Positions 50,577 through 63,189 of a stretch of 64,000 nucleotides of DNA are shown one piece after another (within the stretch, counting starts at the first letter, position 1; each line of letters starts with the position of its first letter). Location: NCBI GenBank assembly GCA_046563655.1, contig CM102284.1, positions 2,604,001 to 2,668,000 of the forward strand, in the 5' to 3' direction. The position numbers were made by a program, and so were the translations under genes. Under the pieces are notes generated by a model. That model was given only the letters and a program-made list of their open reading frames with translations. It had not been told where the DNA came from and ran no database searches. This DNA is from Yuukianura sp. NJ FZ-2021. Lineage: Eukaryota.

Positions 50577-51790
50577 ATGGATTCAACACTTGCCAAGATT
50601 TACAAAGTTGTTGCGGACTGGGGTTATTTTTGCGGTCAACTCCCAATCAAACTTGATCGTGAAAAAAATATTGAAATTTATCAGCCTTCTGTTCAATGGT
50701 GGATCAGTTCTCGCTTATTTGTTCCGTTTCACATGCTCTTTGTTCTGTATCGATTCATCTCAACAATTTCAGAGCAATCGCTGCACGTATTCATCTTGCA
50801 GTCAATCTACTGTCTCACTATGGGAAACCACTTTGTGTATTACACAATGTACGCATGCGCTGGTCGGAAAATTTCGACCTCCCGTAACAAGATGTTTGCA
50901 TCCCTGCAAAACATTTCAGGTCAGTTGAATTTTTTTGCCGTAGTTTTTTTTTTCTCTAAAAAACTGATGTTTTGCTTATTTGATCAGAAAGGTGCGAATA
51001 TTCCTCTGTATCAAGAATTCCAAGCGGTAATTGGCAAAAATACACCAAATTCTGCGTTTTCTCTGTCGGGGTTTCTGCTATAGTCACGTCACTTGCAACT
51101 GTCATCATTCAAATTAATTACAATGGACGAGTATCGGTTCAAATTGGATCAATTTTAGTTTCGAGATCAATGACCTTGGCTTCCGTTTTACAATTTCTGG
51201 TGGCCATTTCTTTCTGGTCAATCGGGACCTATCTGGCTTGCTTCTTAGTCACATTCTATTTGTGGACTATTTCCTGCCTCAAGAAGCTGACAATTATTGT
51301 ACAACATGCTGGCAGTAGCGGCAAACACCTAGCCAATGTTGTATCTCTGTACAAGTCGATGCAGTTGACGGTCCAACTGTGCAACGAATTTACACGTGAC
51401 TACGCTCTAGTTGCGTCGACAAATGCATTGACAGGAATCGCCACAGTTGGATTTGCATTGTACCTAGGTTATCATCGCACGCTTGAATTCGATACACTTT
51501 TAGCAACGTCTATCATCACTGCTTTGTCTGCTGAGCTATTGATTATGATATATTACACATTGGGTGAAATCAACTACAAGTCTACAAAACTCATTTCGAA
51601 GCTACGTTTGCGAACGAATCGGAACAATAGAGACAAGACGTTGCTCCAAATGTACAATAGATCTCTCTTGCCGCTAAAAATTGAGCTTAGCTCGTTTGGA
51701 TACTACAAAAAACAGAACAGTCTTAAAATTATTCCAAAGGTGTTCTACTACGCGAACAAACTGGTTCTCATTACCAAAAATGTATTTTAG
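50577..51790 (+). CDS. GR-like multi-pass chemoreceptor, paralog 3
   Basis: Exons 50577-50919 and 50988-51790. N-terminal half very similar to paralog 2. Confidence 0.75.
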
Positions 51791-52475
51791 TCGTACGCAT
51801 AGCGGTGGTACACATTATTTCAAAACAATTCATTCGTTTCAAATAAAATAAAAATCTAACAGTAATACCTATTTTTTTAAAGTTTCTTTTCCACTATCCA
51901 TTAAATATTCAGAATTCATTTTGTTGTTTTAAGTTTCATTTTGAACAACATCATTTCAGCAGAATAATTTTCTTTGTTGATCTTATGAAAATTAGCGCCA
52001 TTTTATTAAGATATGATGTGATTTAATACCCTTTTTAACCTTATGAAGCTCTTAGCAGCGGCGGTTGCTATGTTGAACGCATGAAATTTTGTTGAATTAT
52101 CTCATTGTGGAGGTTAGTTCTCAGCGGATATGCCTAATGATTTCACAAATGTTTCTAATTTTTTTTTCCTATTTCTTTTATTGTTTTTCTGTATGTTAGG
52201 TGAGGTACTATTCAAACTTTTACCCTTTTTAATTAGTTTCTATTTGTGGCTATTCTACTTGAAAAGGCCTTTCAAAGAACATTGAGTTTTCTGCAACCAA
52301 AATTCTACCACAAGTCAACGCAAAGCCATTAGACGCCAAGAGACGTGGAAGTTCTAATTACTTACAAAACTCCACTTAAAAGCTAAGGTGGCAGAAGGAT
52401 TTTAGAAAAGTGTGAGTGTTTGACAATTTGTAACATAAAAAATACCTTGTTGTAGGTGTTTTCGAATTAAAAAAA

Positions 52476-53684
52476 ATGGCTTCAGATAAAATTGGCGGAG
52501 CAAAGCGAGTTTTAATTACAGGTCTGGACGGATTTATTGCCCACCATGTGACAGATTTTCTCGTGTCCAATACTGATTGGTCCATTGTTGGCTTGAGTAA
52601 GATTGATTCAGCTTCTACACTGCATCGACTCAAGGACGTGCAACAGACAAATTCAAAGTTCGATGGACGCGTTGAATTTATTTTCCATGATTTACGAGCT
52701 CCAGTGAATCAGTATACAGCATCCCGCCTGGGAGCAGTCAACTACATCTTGCACATGGCTGCAAGTACGCATGTCGACAGGAGTATTGAGTGCCCGATGG
52801 ACTTTGTCCTGGACAATGTCGTTGCTACTTGTAATGTTCTCGACTATGCCAGAACCTTGCCATCTTTGGATCTCTTCGTTTACTTCTCCACGGATGAAGT
52901 TTTTGGTCCAGCTCCACCGGGAGTGGCATTCAAAGAATGGGATCGTTACAAATCTGGTTATTCTTTTTTTTTTTGAAAATTTTGTAAATTGAAACAAATC
53001 AAATTAAGAAAGGATTTAATTTTGAATTCGTTGTCCATAGGTAATCCATATGCTGCTTCGAAAGCTGGTGGTGAAGAACTTGCGCTGAGTTACTTCAACA
53101 CTTATAAATTGCCCGTGGCCATTACTCATACAATGAACGTCATCGGAGAACGACAGCACCCAGAAAAGTTTGTGCCAAAGGTCATCAATGCCGTTACAAG
53201 CGGGCAGTGTATCTATATACACGCTAATGCCGATCGTACCAAAGCAGGAACAAGATGTTACCTTCATGCTAAAAATGTTGCAGCAGCACTTCTATTTCTG
53301 ATTGAACAGCACGCTAAGCACGGTAATGTTGTAGGAGATAAATTCAACATTGTTGGGGAACAAGAAATTGATAACCTTACACTTGCAAAAATGATTGCTG
53401 AAATAATCGGAAAGCCACTGCAATACGAAATGGTGGATTTCCACTCCAGTCGCCCGGGTCATGACCTACGGTATGCACTTGACGGCTCTAAGCTAAAGGC
53501 TATGAACTTCACGTACCCTCAAACTTTTGAAGAGAGCTTGAAGAAAACAGTTTTGTGGTATTTGGAAAACAAGGTGTGGCTTCTTGCAGAAGATGCTCAA
53601 GAGACACTCCACCTTGAAAGTTTAAAATTTAAACAAAATGTACAAACAAATTCAAAAGCTGTTTGCACACTTTCTAAATTGTAA
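52476..53684 (+). CDS. rmlB: dTDP/UDP-glucose 4,6-dehydratase (RmlB-like extended SDR)
   Basis: Exons 52476-52956 and 53041-53684. Motifs: ITGLDGFIA, HMAASTHVDRS, catalytic FSTDEVFG, NPYAASK, PEKFVPK, RPGHDLRYALDG. Confidence 0.9.
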
Positions 53685-54360
53685 GTTCCCATTTGGTTGA
53701 TGTATAATAAGTAATTTTAAATAGTAATTGTACAAATTAATGGTCATAGGAAAATTGTAAATTGGGCATTGGTAGTGAACAGTTAACTGTGCTATAATTG
53801 CAACAGAAATCATAGTTGCATAAGAAGTTTGCAAAGGTTGAGAAATCCGGATTTAAAATGCAAATCCTTGAATAAAAAATAAAACTCATTGAAATAAGAA
53901 GTTCAATTCGTTTAACCACAAAAATTACTTCGCTGTCACATTCAGATTTAGAACACGAATCGGCAGTTTAATTAAACTCAACCACAAACTTCTGTCTCAA
54001 AGCGTGTTGAGTACAATGGCTGGACTAATTAGTTATGGTTGGAGTTCAGTCAGTTGACATCAGCAGAAAACCGTGGGGACAAGGACAGTCTAGTCTGTTT
54101 TTTTTTAAAAAGGACAACCAGACTATAATCCGAAATTCAGTCATAGGTGTACATGGTTTTATAAATGTAAAATGCTAGAATCTTTATAAAAACGACACAA
54201 AAGTTGATTGTTGCGATGAATCACTTTCATGTACATCATGTGACCCTAGGTCTTCTTATGAGTCAGAGGTCAACTTATTGTGGTTCACAAAGAAAAGTGG
54301 ACTGGATATTCTAGCAAAATTCTCTACGGTGGGCTACGGCTCGCTCGCACCATTCGCTAC

Positions 54361-54401
54361 GCATCACTGATGCGGCAATACTGATGCGGCATCAGTATTG
54401 C
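54361..54401. repeat. Two adjacent short palindromes
   Basis: GCATCA-C-TGATGC at 54361-54373 and GCAATACTGATG-CGG-CATCAGTATTGC at 54375-54401. Confidence 0.85.
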
Positions 54402-55052
54402 GGTTGGAAGGTTTTATAATTGATTGTGGCAAGACTCGTGCCAGAATAGTTGCGCTTGCGACGCAGCACGGAAGGGCAGAGACAGAGAGTCAGACAGATA
54501 AATCAGGGATTTAGTTACGTGCAACCTGTTGACAATTTTATGACAACCCAACTTAACAACAGTTAATTGTGCGACGAGGGAAGTCAAATCAGACATCAGT
54601 TTACTGGGGGGCGTTACGCGTAAGAGCAGAAGTTTGTTATTTTCTACAAAACATACAGGATTCACACAGAGTAGCGTTAAACGAATCATTGATCGAACTG
54701 GATGCGGTAAAGGCATTGTTCATTCATAGCTTGAATTTTGAAAGGCATTTTAAATGACACAATGTCAGCTAAAATGCATTTCCAAAATTCAAACGTAAAG
54801 TTTTACGTTGTGAATATCATTAACCTAACCAACATTATTTGAATTCCAGAACAATCAGAGAACCTTGAACCTAACCAAATATTGGGGTTGTCTGACGTCC
54901 GACCCAACTTGAATGACCCGATTTCTGACGAGTCCTGTTATTCGGTAAGTGCAGTTATTACACGCCTCACAGACAATGGAATAATGAGAATATTATTTAA
55001 TTTATAGTACATTTTTAGTGTAGATTGATCTGTGAATCTCTTGTTTTGAAAC

Positions 55053-57715
55053 ATGGATGCTCAATTTTTCAAAAGACTGGAACAAATGAGGGCAGGAATT
55101 CCGAACAACCCGTCGATGATAAGCCAGTATACAGACAAGAGATTTGTTTGTATGGAGCATGAGAAGTCACTACAGAGCCAAGCGGCTTTACGTATCAAGA
55201 ATTCGCCTTATAATTTTCAACAAAGCATGTCTTCCGGAATTAAACCGTCCATAAATTCTGTTGTCCAGTTGGATTTAGAAAACCGAGTTGACATTACCAC
55301 AATGTCCAAAAATACCGACGTTGTGCTGACCGGAAAATACTTTCTTTGCCGCACCCTTGCTCCTCCATTTAAGATAACAGCAATCATGACAGTCGTTGAA
55401 GACCCTGAAGGAGAAAAGGCATTGCGACTTGCACTTTATAACTATTCTTTTGCGGATTGGAGCTCGCTTGAAGCAATGTGCGAAGAATTACCAGTGGGAC
55501 AAATCTTAATTATCAAAAACCCGTGGTTTAAATCCACACAAGACGGCGGATTTTCTCTTCGTTGTGATAACCCAGGTGATGTTGTCTTTCTTTCTACTGT
55601 GTCTTTTAAGGAGAAGTTTCCTACAATTTCCTGGAAGGGAGAAATCCCAATTCATTGGCGAAACTATGTTAAGAAGCCACCAGCGACTGCGGAGGAGTGG
55701 AAAAATGAAGGAAACGGACTGTTCCGAAAAGCTAAATACGAACAGGCTGTGGAATATTACACAACAGGACTTCAGTTAAAGCGGCGTGAAGAAGTCACGA
55801 AGGCTTTGCTTTCAAACCGAGCAGCAGCGTATATTGCGATGAGATGTTTTCGGACTGCTCTAAAAGACTTGGATGAACTATTATCCATCGACCCACGTCA
55901 CGAGAAGGGCAACTACAGAAAAGCAAAGTGTCTCATTGGACTGCAACTTTACACTGACGCAATTACTTTCATGGAGGGACTACCAGTGGAAACTCGAACA
56001 ACGTTTGATGCACTGCTAGAATCAGCCAGTACTCAGTACAAGCAGCAAACCACCGGTGGCTACGACATTATGAAACTTTACGCCGCCGAAGGCACAACGT
56101 GCCATGAAGATATTGCTGACTACGTTGGACCTGTTCGAATGGAACACATTCCTGGAAAAGGCCGAGGACTGGTTGCAACTCGGGACATTTCCGCTGGGGA
56201 GGTTCTTCTTGTTTCCAAGGCATTTGACATTGTATTCCCACCAAAGAAAGGCTTGGAGACAGTGGCGATAAGCGTTAATTTGGAAACGAATTTGATGCAT
56301 CTGCCGGGACATGACCTTCTTGTGAAAACCATAGCCCAGAGAGTCAAACTTGAACCCGAGCTTGCAAAACAGTTGTATGACCTTTATGCAGGTACATTGA
56401 ATCTCAGCTCGGTAAAAATGTGCTATCGCGGCGCTGCATGGATTTGGCCGCCATGTTTTGTTTTTTCTAAACAAAGAGTATGCTGAGTCCGAATCCGCAA
56501 GTATTTCTTTCCGGAAAGGAACGGAAGTATTTTTTTTTAGTTTTGAAAATTGAAATTTCCCCATAAGGATTACATGTTAATTATTTTCTGAAATTAGGTT
56601 TTTGCTTCTATCTTGCTAGGTTGGGTTAGGTAACTTGAAAGCTATAAACAATATTTCTATAACGTTTGGTTAGGTACCCAAAAATGCTGAATCCATGCTG
56701 CACCGCCTTAGCACAATTATTCCCTCAACTCAACCGACAGATTAATAGATTTCACTTCCTGAGCACTTTTTAAAACACAATGTTTTTATAACATAATATT
56801 GAAATTTTACCTTATTGAATAGGGCCAGGCTTATCCCCGTGGAGTGGCGAAGCTTGCAACGAAAACGGTCAAATACCGCCGGTCGATTTAAAAAGAATTG
56901 ACTCAATTTGTACTTACAATGCCTTTTCGGACTGTGCCATGAGGACACGACGAGACGTAAAAGCTGAAACTGGTGACGAAACTGGGCCTGAATCTTTGGT
57001 TGAGAAGAATGACCTAACAGGCCTCTGGGTCATGCCTTCTTACATTAACCACAGTTGTTGGAACTGCAACTGTCGCTGGAGCACTTCCGCCAACGTGATG
57101 CTGGTGAGAGCATTCAAGTCGATTGGAACGGGCGAAGAGATTCTCACGTCATACACCTCTCCTGAAGGTAAACAAGCAAAGCGCCAGAAAATAATGAAAA
57201 AGCATGGCTTCGCATGTCCTTGTCAGTTATGCCTTCTCGACTCCGATACTTCGGCAGCTGGGATCAAACGGCGGGAGCTTTTGAAAAGAATTGAGGAACT
57301 GACTCCTAAAAATGAAGATGGATCTGAGAAGTGGAAAATGACTGGCGCTAAACAAGTTTTGAAGCTAATCAAAGAACTAAACGAGTTGAAGTTGCCACAA
57401 ATTCATCCCAGACTGATCTCGACCTTGTTTTCGCTAGGAATGTACTTCACTCAAAAGGGAAATATCAAGCAGTCTACGGATTTGATGCTGCAATGTCACT
57501 CGATGACCGAGAATTCACCTCTGATCGAGATTACAGTGCAAGCCACGGTGAATGTCATTGGGAATTTACTTCTACAGAACAAAATCCAAGCAGCCCAGAA
57601 GTGGATTGAAACTTTGAAACGGGAGCTAATGATATGCTACGGTACGATAGAAGTTGCTACTGACTTCTTTCCCCACACAACTACGATGATGACCAAGGCG
57701 GGAATTTCTTTGTGA
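55053..57715 (+). CDS. TPR + SET domain protein, fungal-type architecture
   Basis: Exons 55053-56391 and 56823-57715. N-domain GKYFLCRTL...VVEDPEG...LALYNY...LPVGQILIIKNPWFK...LRCDNPGDV; TPRs (WKNEGNGLF, LLSNRAAAY); SET GKGRGLVATRDISAGE, GLWVMPSYINHSC, GEEILTSY; post-SET HGFACPCQLC. Confidence 0.88.
56411..56723. mobile_element. MITE (non-autonomous, MULE-like) in the TPR-SET intron
   Basis: 34-bp imperfect terminal inverted repeats (27/34 identical) beginning GG. Flanked by CTCAGCTC (56403-56410) and CTCAACTC (56724-56731), an 8-bp TSD with 1 mismatch. Internal GGTTAGG motifs. Confidence 0.7.
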
Positions 57716-58519
57716 CTTCTCTCTGATCAATGGTAAAAAATGACTGACGAAGAAAGACTTATGCTATATAACTTATAAAATAATATAATATCAATATTTA
57801 TATATTTATTATTATTCTCAAGCAATATGGTCAGTTGTTTGTTATTTGGAGAGCTAAAAAGAAGTCAAACCGCCGATTAAAAATTTCCCACATAAATGAA
57901 ATATTTCCCTAATCACTTTACACCAAAAAACATTTTTTTTTCTCCAAACGTTCCAAAAACGTTTGAAGCATCATGAAACGAAAAGAATTGTTTGAAGGCG
58001 AAAAAGTTTTCACTACTTACTTGAAAATTTTCACAGCTTCTCGCTTGCCCTAGCCCCAATTGACAATTGCATTACAGCCATTCATTTTTTCTGATTTTTG
58101 AAAAACAATTCTGAAAAATGAGTCGAGTCATAATTGCATTCTTATTTTTGAAACTTTTAACCTGCATCACGCCATTATCAGTTGAGTTGACGTAATTGGC
58201 AATGGTTTTCAAGATGAATTGTTTTTACAGCTTATTAATCCATAGCAACAGCCAAATTACTGTTGAAGCCCTTTGCCTTTTTAGGGAATTCCACTTATAA
58301 ATTTCAAAAGCTGATAGAAATTATTTGTAATTGCTATGCATATGGTAGATCTCATGAAACACTTGATACTTTTTTTTTTTTTTCAATTTTCAAGTTTATT
58401 AAGTTATTAACTCTGTTGCAAAAAAAAAAAACGATTTTACCTTCTACAGATATTCGCCAAGGTTTTGGTGCTGTTCGGTTTTACAGGAAATATACACAAG
58501 TTTATGTTAGCGAAACATC

Positions 58520-60842
58520 ATGGCAAAGAATAAGACTGTGATTGTAATTGGTGGTGGTGTGGCTGGCTTGGCAGCGGCGGCAATGCTTGTAAAACAATGC
58601 AACTGGGAAGTTACGTTATTAGAAGCATCGGATCGTATCGGTGGAAGAGTGCACACTAAAGAATTTGGAAGTGGGATGGTGGAAATTGGTGCCGAATGGA
58701 TTCATGGTCAAACTGGAAATTCGGTGTATGAGGCCGTAACTTCAGCGGCTTCAAACCTACTTAATACTGCCAACATTTCTGATGATGTAAATATATGTAC
58801 ATGCGAAAATATACTTGACCGAGTGATATTCAAATATTAGAAGCGCATAAAGATTTCCTGTATCAAAATTTATATAGCACTTTTTGGTTCTCAGATACTG
58901 AGTTTTTACAAAACAAGTTGCAATTGCTTCTTGATTAGCATCTGAGCAACAAGCGACTAATCAAAAAAAAAATTAATACAGAAATTTTGGTCCGATGTTG
59001 GCTACATTTACGCAACACAGCACGGGGTCAAGTTGGACAAGTCTCTGAATACAGCCATTACTCAATTTATGAATATCATGGAAGAAGATCCACGTCACTT
59101 TGCAACTGACAGATTACTGTCCAAATCTGAAGTGGCAGTTAAATATACCAAAGCAGTGGGACCGATTTGGACTGATAAACGTATTTCCAATGCAGCTATG
59201 AATTGGATTGAAAGGTACTGGGTAAGCTAACTCTTTATGTATCAGGATTCATGATTCGTAATTAATTGTCGTCCGATGTCCATCCACGCCGTATCGTTAG
59301 TCTATGCTAATTAATTCAAACTAATTAATACAATAGTTTACTAAAGATTTGTTGAGGTTAGTTTACTTTGGTTTACTAAATATTAAAAATACATCATATC
59401 TACAGAACTCCTACGACTGCGCGGATAGCTGGGAGGAGGTTTCTTATGCCGGAACTACTCTGGACTACGTCGAGCTTCCTGGAATTCGAAACATTGCTTG
59501 GAATGCACCCGCAAATTCAACAACATTTCTCAAGGTCATCTTGGTAAGATTTTGGAAATAGTATGTGTGAGCTGAGGTTTCCGTGAACACGGGAACCAAA
59601 GCTCACAGTATGTTCTGTTGGTTGAAATGCACCCAACACTTGAAATTGTTTCCCAACTAAATTTTTTACCGTAGGAAGGGGCTAGCTTTGATGCGAAGTC
59701 TCGATTGATGCTCCCAGAGTGGATCCAACTTAAAAAGGAAGTGACGAACATTAACTACTCAGACTCAGAGGTATATAAAATGTAACGCTGTGCGAAAACG
59801 AAATGTGAAACTCGTTGGCTAAAATTTTTCTCAATTTTTACTTACTAGAAAGTAACAGTAGAGTGTGGAGATGGTACCAAATACAAGGCTGACTACGTAA
59901 TTTGTACAATTCCTTTGGGTGTGCTCAAAAGAAACCACTCGGCTCTATTTCATCCGAAACTGGCTGGTTCCAAATTGCGAGCAATCGAGGTAACAATGGG
60001 GCTACCGACAACAGAAATTACGGTGATTATAAAAGCGGTTGATTGACATTTGAAATTTTAGAATATTGGCTTTGGTACTGTGAACAAGCTTTATTTTGAA
60101 TTTGACGCTGCTTGGTGGCCTCCAGAATTCAACGGAGTGAACTTGCTTTGGGATGAACCTACACTAAAGAATAATTCAGGTCACATGAGCAGTGCTGAAT
60201 TGCTTGAAGAGCGGAATGGGGTAAGCGTCAGAATATAAAATTATGACATTCTAGGCAAACAAATCTGAGAAAAAAGTTGAAATTCAAAAAGTTCATATTA
60301 CCCACTTCAGTTTCCAATGTGGTGTCGCGGATTACTAAATTTCCATACAGTGGAATCATATCCAAGAGCCCTGCGGAGTTGGCTTACAGGACGCGCAGCT
60401 CGGGTTGTAGAAGCCTTGTCAGATAAGGACGTTAAAACAGCTTGTATGAAAGTACTGCGTCAATTCATGGGTCCAGACTACGAAATTCCGGAACCAATTG
60501 AATTTATGGCAACAAAGTGGAGCTCAAACCCATTTTCAGGCGGGACATACAGTTTACGCACGATAAGTAGCGAAAGAGAAAACGTTTGGGCGTCAAACCT
60601 AGCGGAACCAATTCGAAATCCTAATGGAACTCCGGTAATTAACTAAGAAAACAATCGGGCAATTAAAAAATTTATTGCAAATCACAAGTTAAATTATATA
60701 TTTGCTGTGTTTTTATTAGATCGTCTGTTTTGCTGGTGAAGCAACTGACACTAACTTTTATTCATCACTTCATGGCGCATATTCTTCAGGTTTGAGAGAA
60801 GCAAATCGGTTAATAGAATGGAACTCCGCAAATCAAAATTAA
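58520..60842 (+). CDS. Flavin-containing amine oxidase (spermine/polyamine oxidase family)
   Basis: Multi-exon. [81 protein letters not shown]...[11 protein letters not shown]. Confidence 0.92.
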
Positions 60843-61033
60843 CATTAATAATTTGTATTAAAAGTTATTTTTCCAAAAAGGTTGCTGGTTAAATTGTAAG
60901 GCGTCATCTTTTGCCACTTTTCACACTCCGGCTTACGTCAGATTTGTTAAGTGCATTTAGAATTTACGGAGTTAAATAAATTCGTTAAGCCCAGTGAGCC
61001 TCGTTTAATAGAAAGAAAGTCTATTTTGGTATG

Positions 61034-62549
61034 TTAATATTTGTTTTCAATTCCAAGCAATTGGCACGATTTTTCCCAAAGTGCTAATTGTAATGTGGCG
61101 TCTTGGGATTGGGAATTTGGAGTCTCCACTTTGCAGTTCATAAGAAAAAGTCCTCCACGCTTTTCAAATTCAGGACTTGCAGCAGCGCAAACAATCACAT
61201 CGGCTCCATCTTCAGTCGTCTGGAATACACAAAGAATTTGTTAAATTTTTATTTGCAGAAAGCAAGTTTCCGCCTTACCCTAAACAGTTTTTTCGCAAAA
61301 CTTGGAGGATTGATGAAGTTATCACCGAGTTCGGTTGGAATTGCTCCTGGGTGCAAAGAATAGACGTAAACGTTTGTTCCTTTCTCACGCAGCTTTTTGT
61401 CAAGGTAGTTTGACGCAGCGACTTGGCTCAACTTGGCATCGCAGTAAGCTTTGAAGGGATTGTATTCCCTGATGACAAGACAAAAATTAATAAATCGAAA
61501 ACTAAAAAAATGAATTCCTTACGTCGCTCTTGTTTCGATTTCATTCAAATCTTTAATCTGCCCGGACCAATTGGCCGCAGAAGAAACATTTACAATACGA
61601 CCGGCGTGATTACTTTCGGTAGCAGTTTGAATAATCCGCGGCAGCAAAATATCCGTCAACAAAAAGTGGCTTAAATAATCCACTTGAAATTGACTCTCGA
61701 ATCCATCGATAGTTAGCTCATAGGGAGTGAACATGATTCCAGCTAAATCAAACAAAATAGTACATTTAAAAAATAAAATATAAAAAGTAATAAAGTCGTT
61801 TAAGCCATATAAATTTTTGTGGCTTTTGTGATATCCAAAATTAATAACAATCAACTTTTGAAGTAGAAACATTTAACATAGTTTTGCGTAACTATTTTTT
61901 AGAAAACTAATTTTAAAATTTTCATACCGTTGCAAATGAGTATGTTGATATTGGGGTATTTTTCTAAAACTTGATTTGCAAATTCCCGTACGGATTGGAG
62001 GGATTTAAGGTCAAGGGGCAAGCAGGTCGCAGTGCCAGTAGCAATTCCAGCTTTTCTGAAGCTTGAAACAAGATCGTCCCCTGCTGACGGGGTTCTAAGT
62101 CCTGATAAAAATTTTTAAAAAAGATTTCAGATTTTGAAAAACTTTTTCAATTTTGTTAACCAAGGTTTACAACTGGAACTCCTACCCATTACGACATGGA
62201 AATCGCATTGCAACAATTTCTTAACAACGTCTGCGCCAATTCCTCTTGCTCCGCCGGTGATCACCACTACATCTCCAGTCCGTTTCCCAATTACTAAAAA
62301 AGTATATTTGCCCAGGTCAAAATTTTGAAATGAAGGCTGTCGAGAATCGATATTTTTTGCTTGTTTTGCTTTGATGAAGTTCGTTTAACATTCAATCTGC
62401 TGTTTACCATTTTAGTAATATATTTTCTTACGCTTTAAGTCCAATCTCTTTGTAAACTGAATCATTTCTTGAAATGTTTTGAGTGCAGTAGCAAATGTAA
62501 ACGGGAAATCCTTTGTTTCTCTCGGCTTGTACTGTACGGTGTCAGCCAT
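61034..62549 (-). CDS. Short-chain dehydrogenase/reductase (retinol dehydrogenase/DHRSX-like)
   Basis: Multi-exon. VVVITGGARGIG, LICNAGIMFTP, DGFESQFQVDYLSHFLLT, GRIVNVSS, catalytic YCDAK, SLHPGAIPT, LWEKSCQLL. Confidence 0.9.
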
Positions 62550-63189
62550 TGTAAATTACTTTAGAAATTAAACGTTTTTTGTGTCTGCTTGTTTTATTTG
62601 CAATGGAACTGCACGGTTGGAGTCGATCACTCCGCTTGCTGAATAGTCAAAAAATAAAAATCACACAAAGCCAGAAGACTGCTACGTATTTCAGCTGAGT
62701 CCCATCCGCTAAAAAAAGACACAGATAAAGAAAAACTTCCAGATACGATATGCTAACAAAGAGAAGTTGTAATTTCGTGTTAACTCTTCTTGTGTGACAC
62801 TTAACTCAAATGTTAATTTGAAGTGCTACAGAGCTCTTCAACATTTTTGAATAGCAAAAAGGCATTTTGAAGGACTAGAATTTCCCAATTAGGAATTTGG
62901 CCAGTTTCAATCCAACGTTGTTGCATGAAGTCGCAATCACTTGCAAAAAAAAATGGCAATGACCAGTATTGCTTCTACTACGACTTATAGCATAGTTGAG
63001 CTTAGTATGCATTAATTTCCTTCAAAACGACGACGTTCAAATTTTTTACGTTTATAGGTTTTTGCATCAAGAATAATAAAAATCAATTTATTCAATTTAT
63101 TTCCTTGAAAACGGTGACTTATTAGTAAGACAATAATAATTACTTATATAAAACACACTTATCTTTTGAGAATTTAAATTTAAACACAA

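Noticed and set aside
54700-54934. Second complete MITE around the AACCTAACC motifs, or a telomeric TTAGG tract
   Set aside because: Only weak terminal similarity, no TSD, and too few repeats for a telomeric array.
55628-59485. Additional TTCCTGGAA matches (~55628, ~56149, ~59476; also ~36580)
   Set aside because: They lie inside coding exons and are explained by codons, so they were not counted as regulatory.
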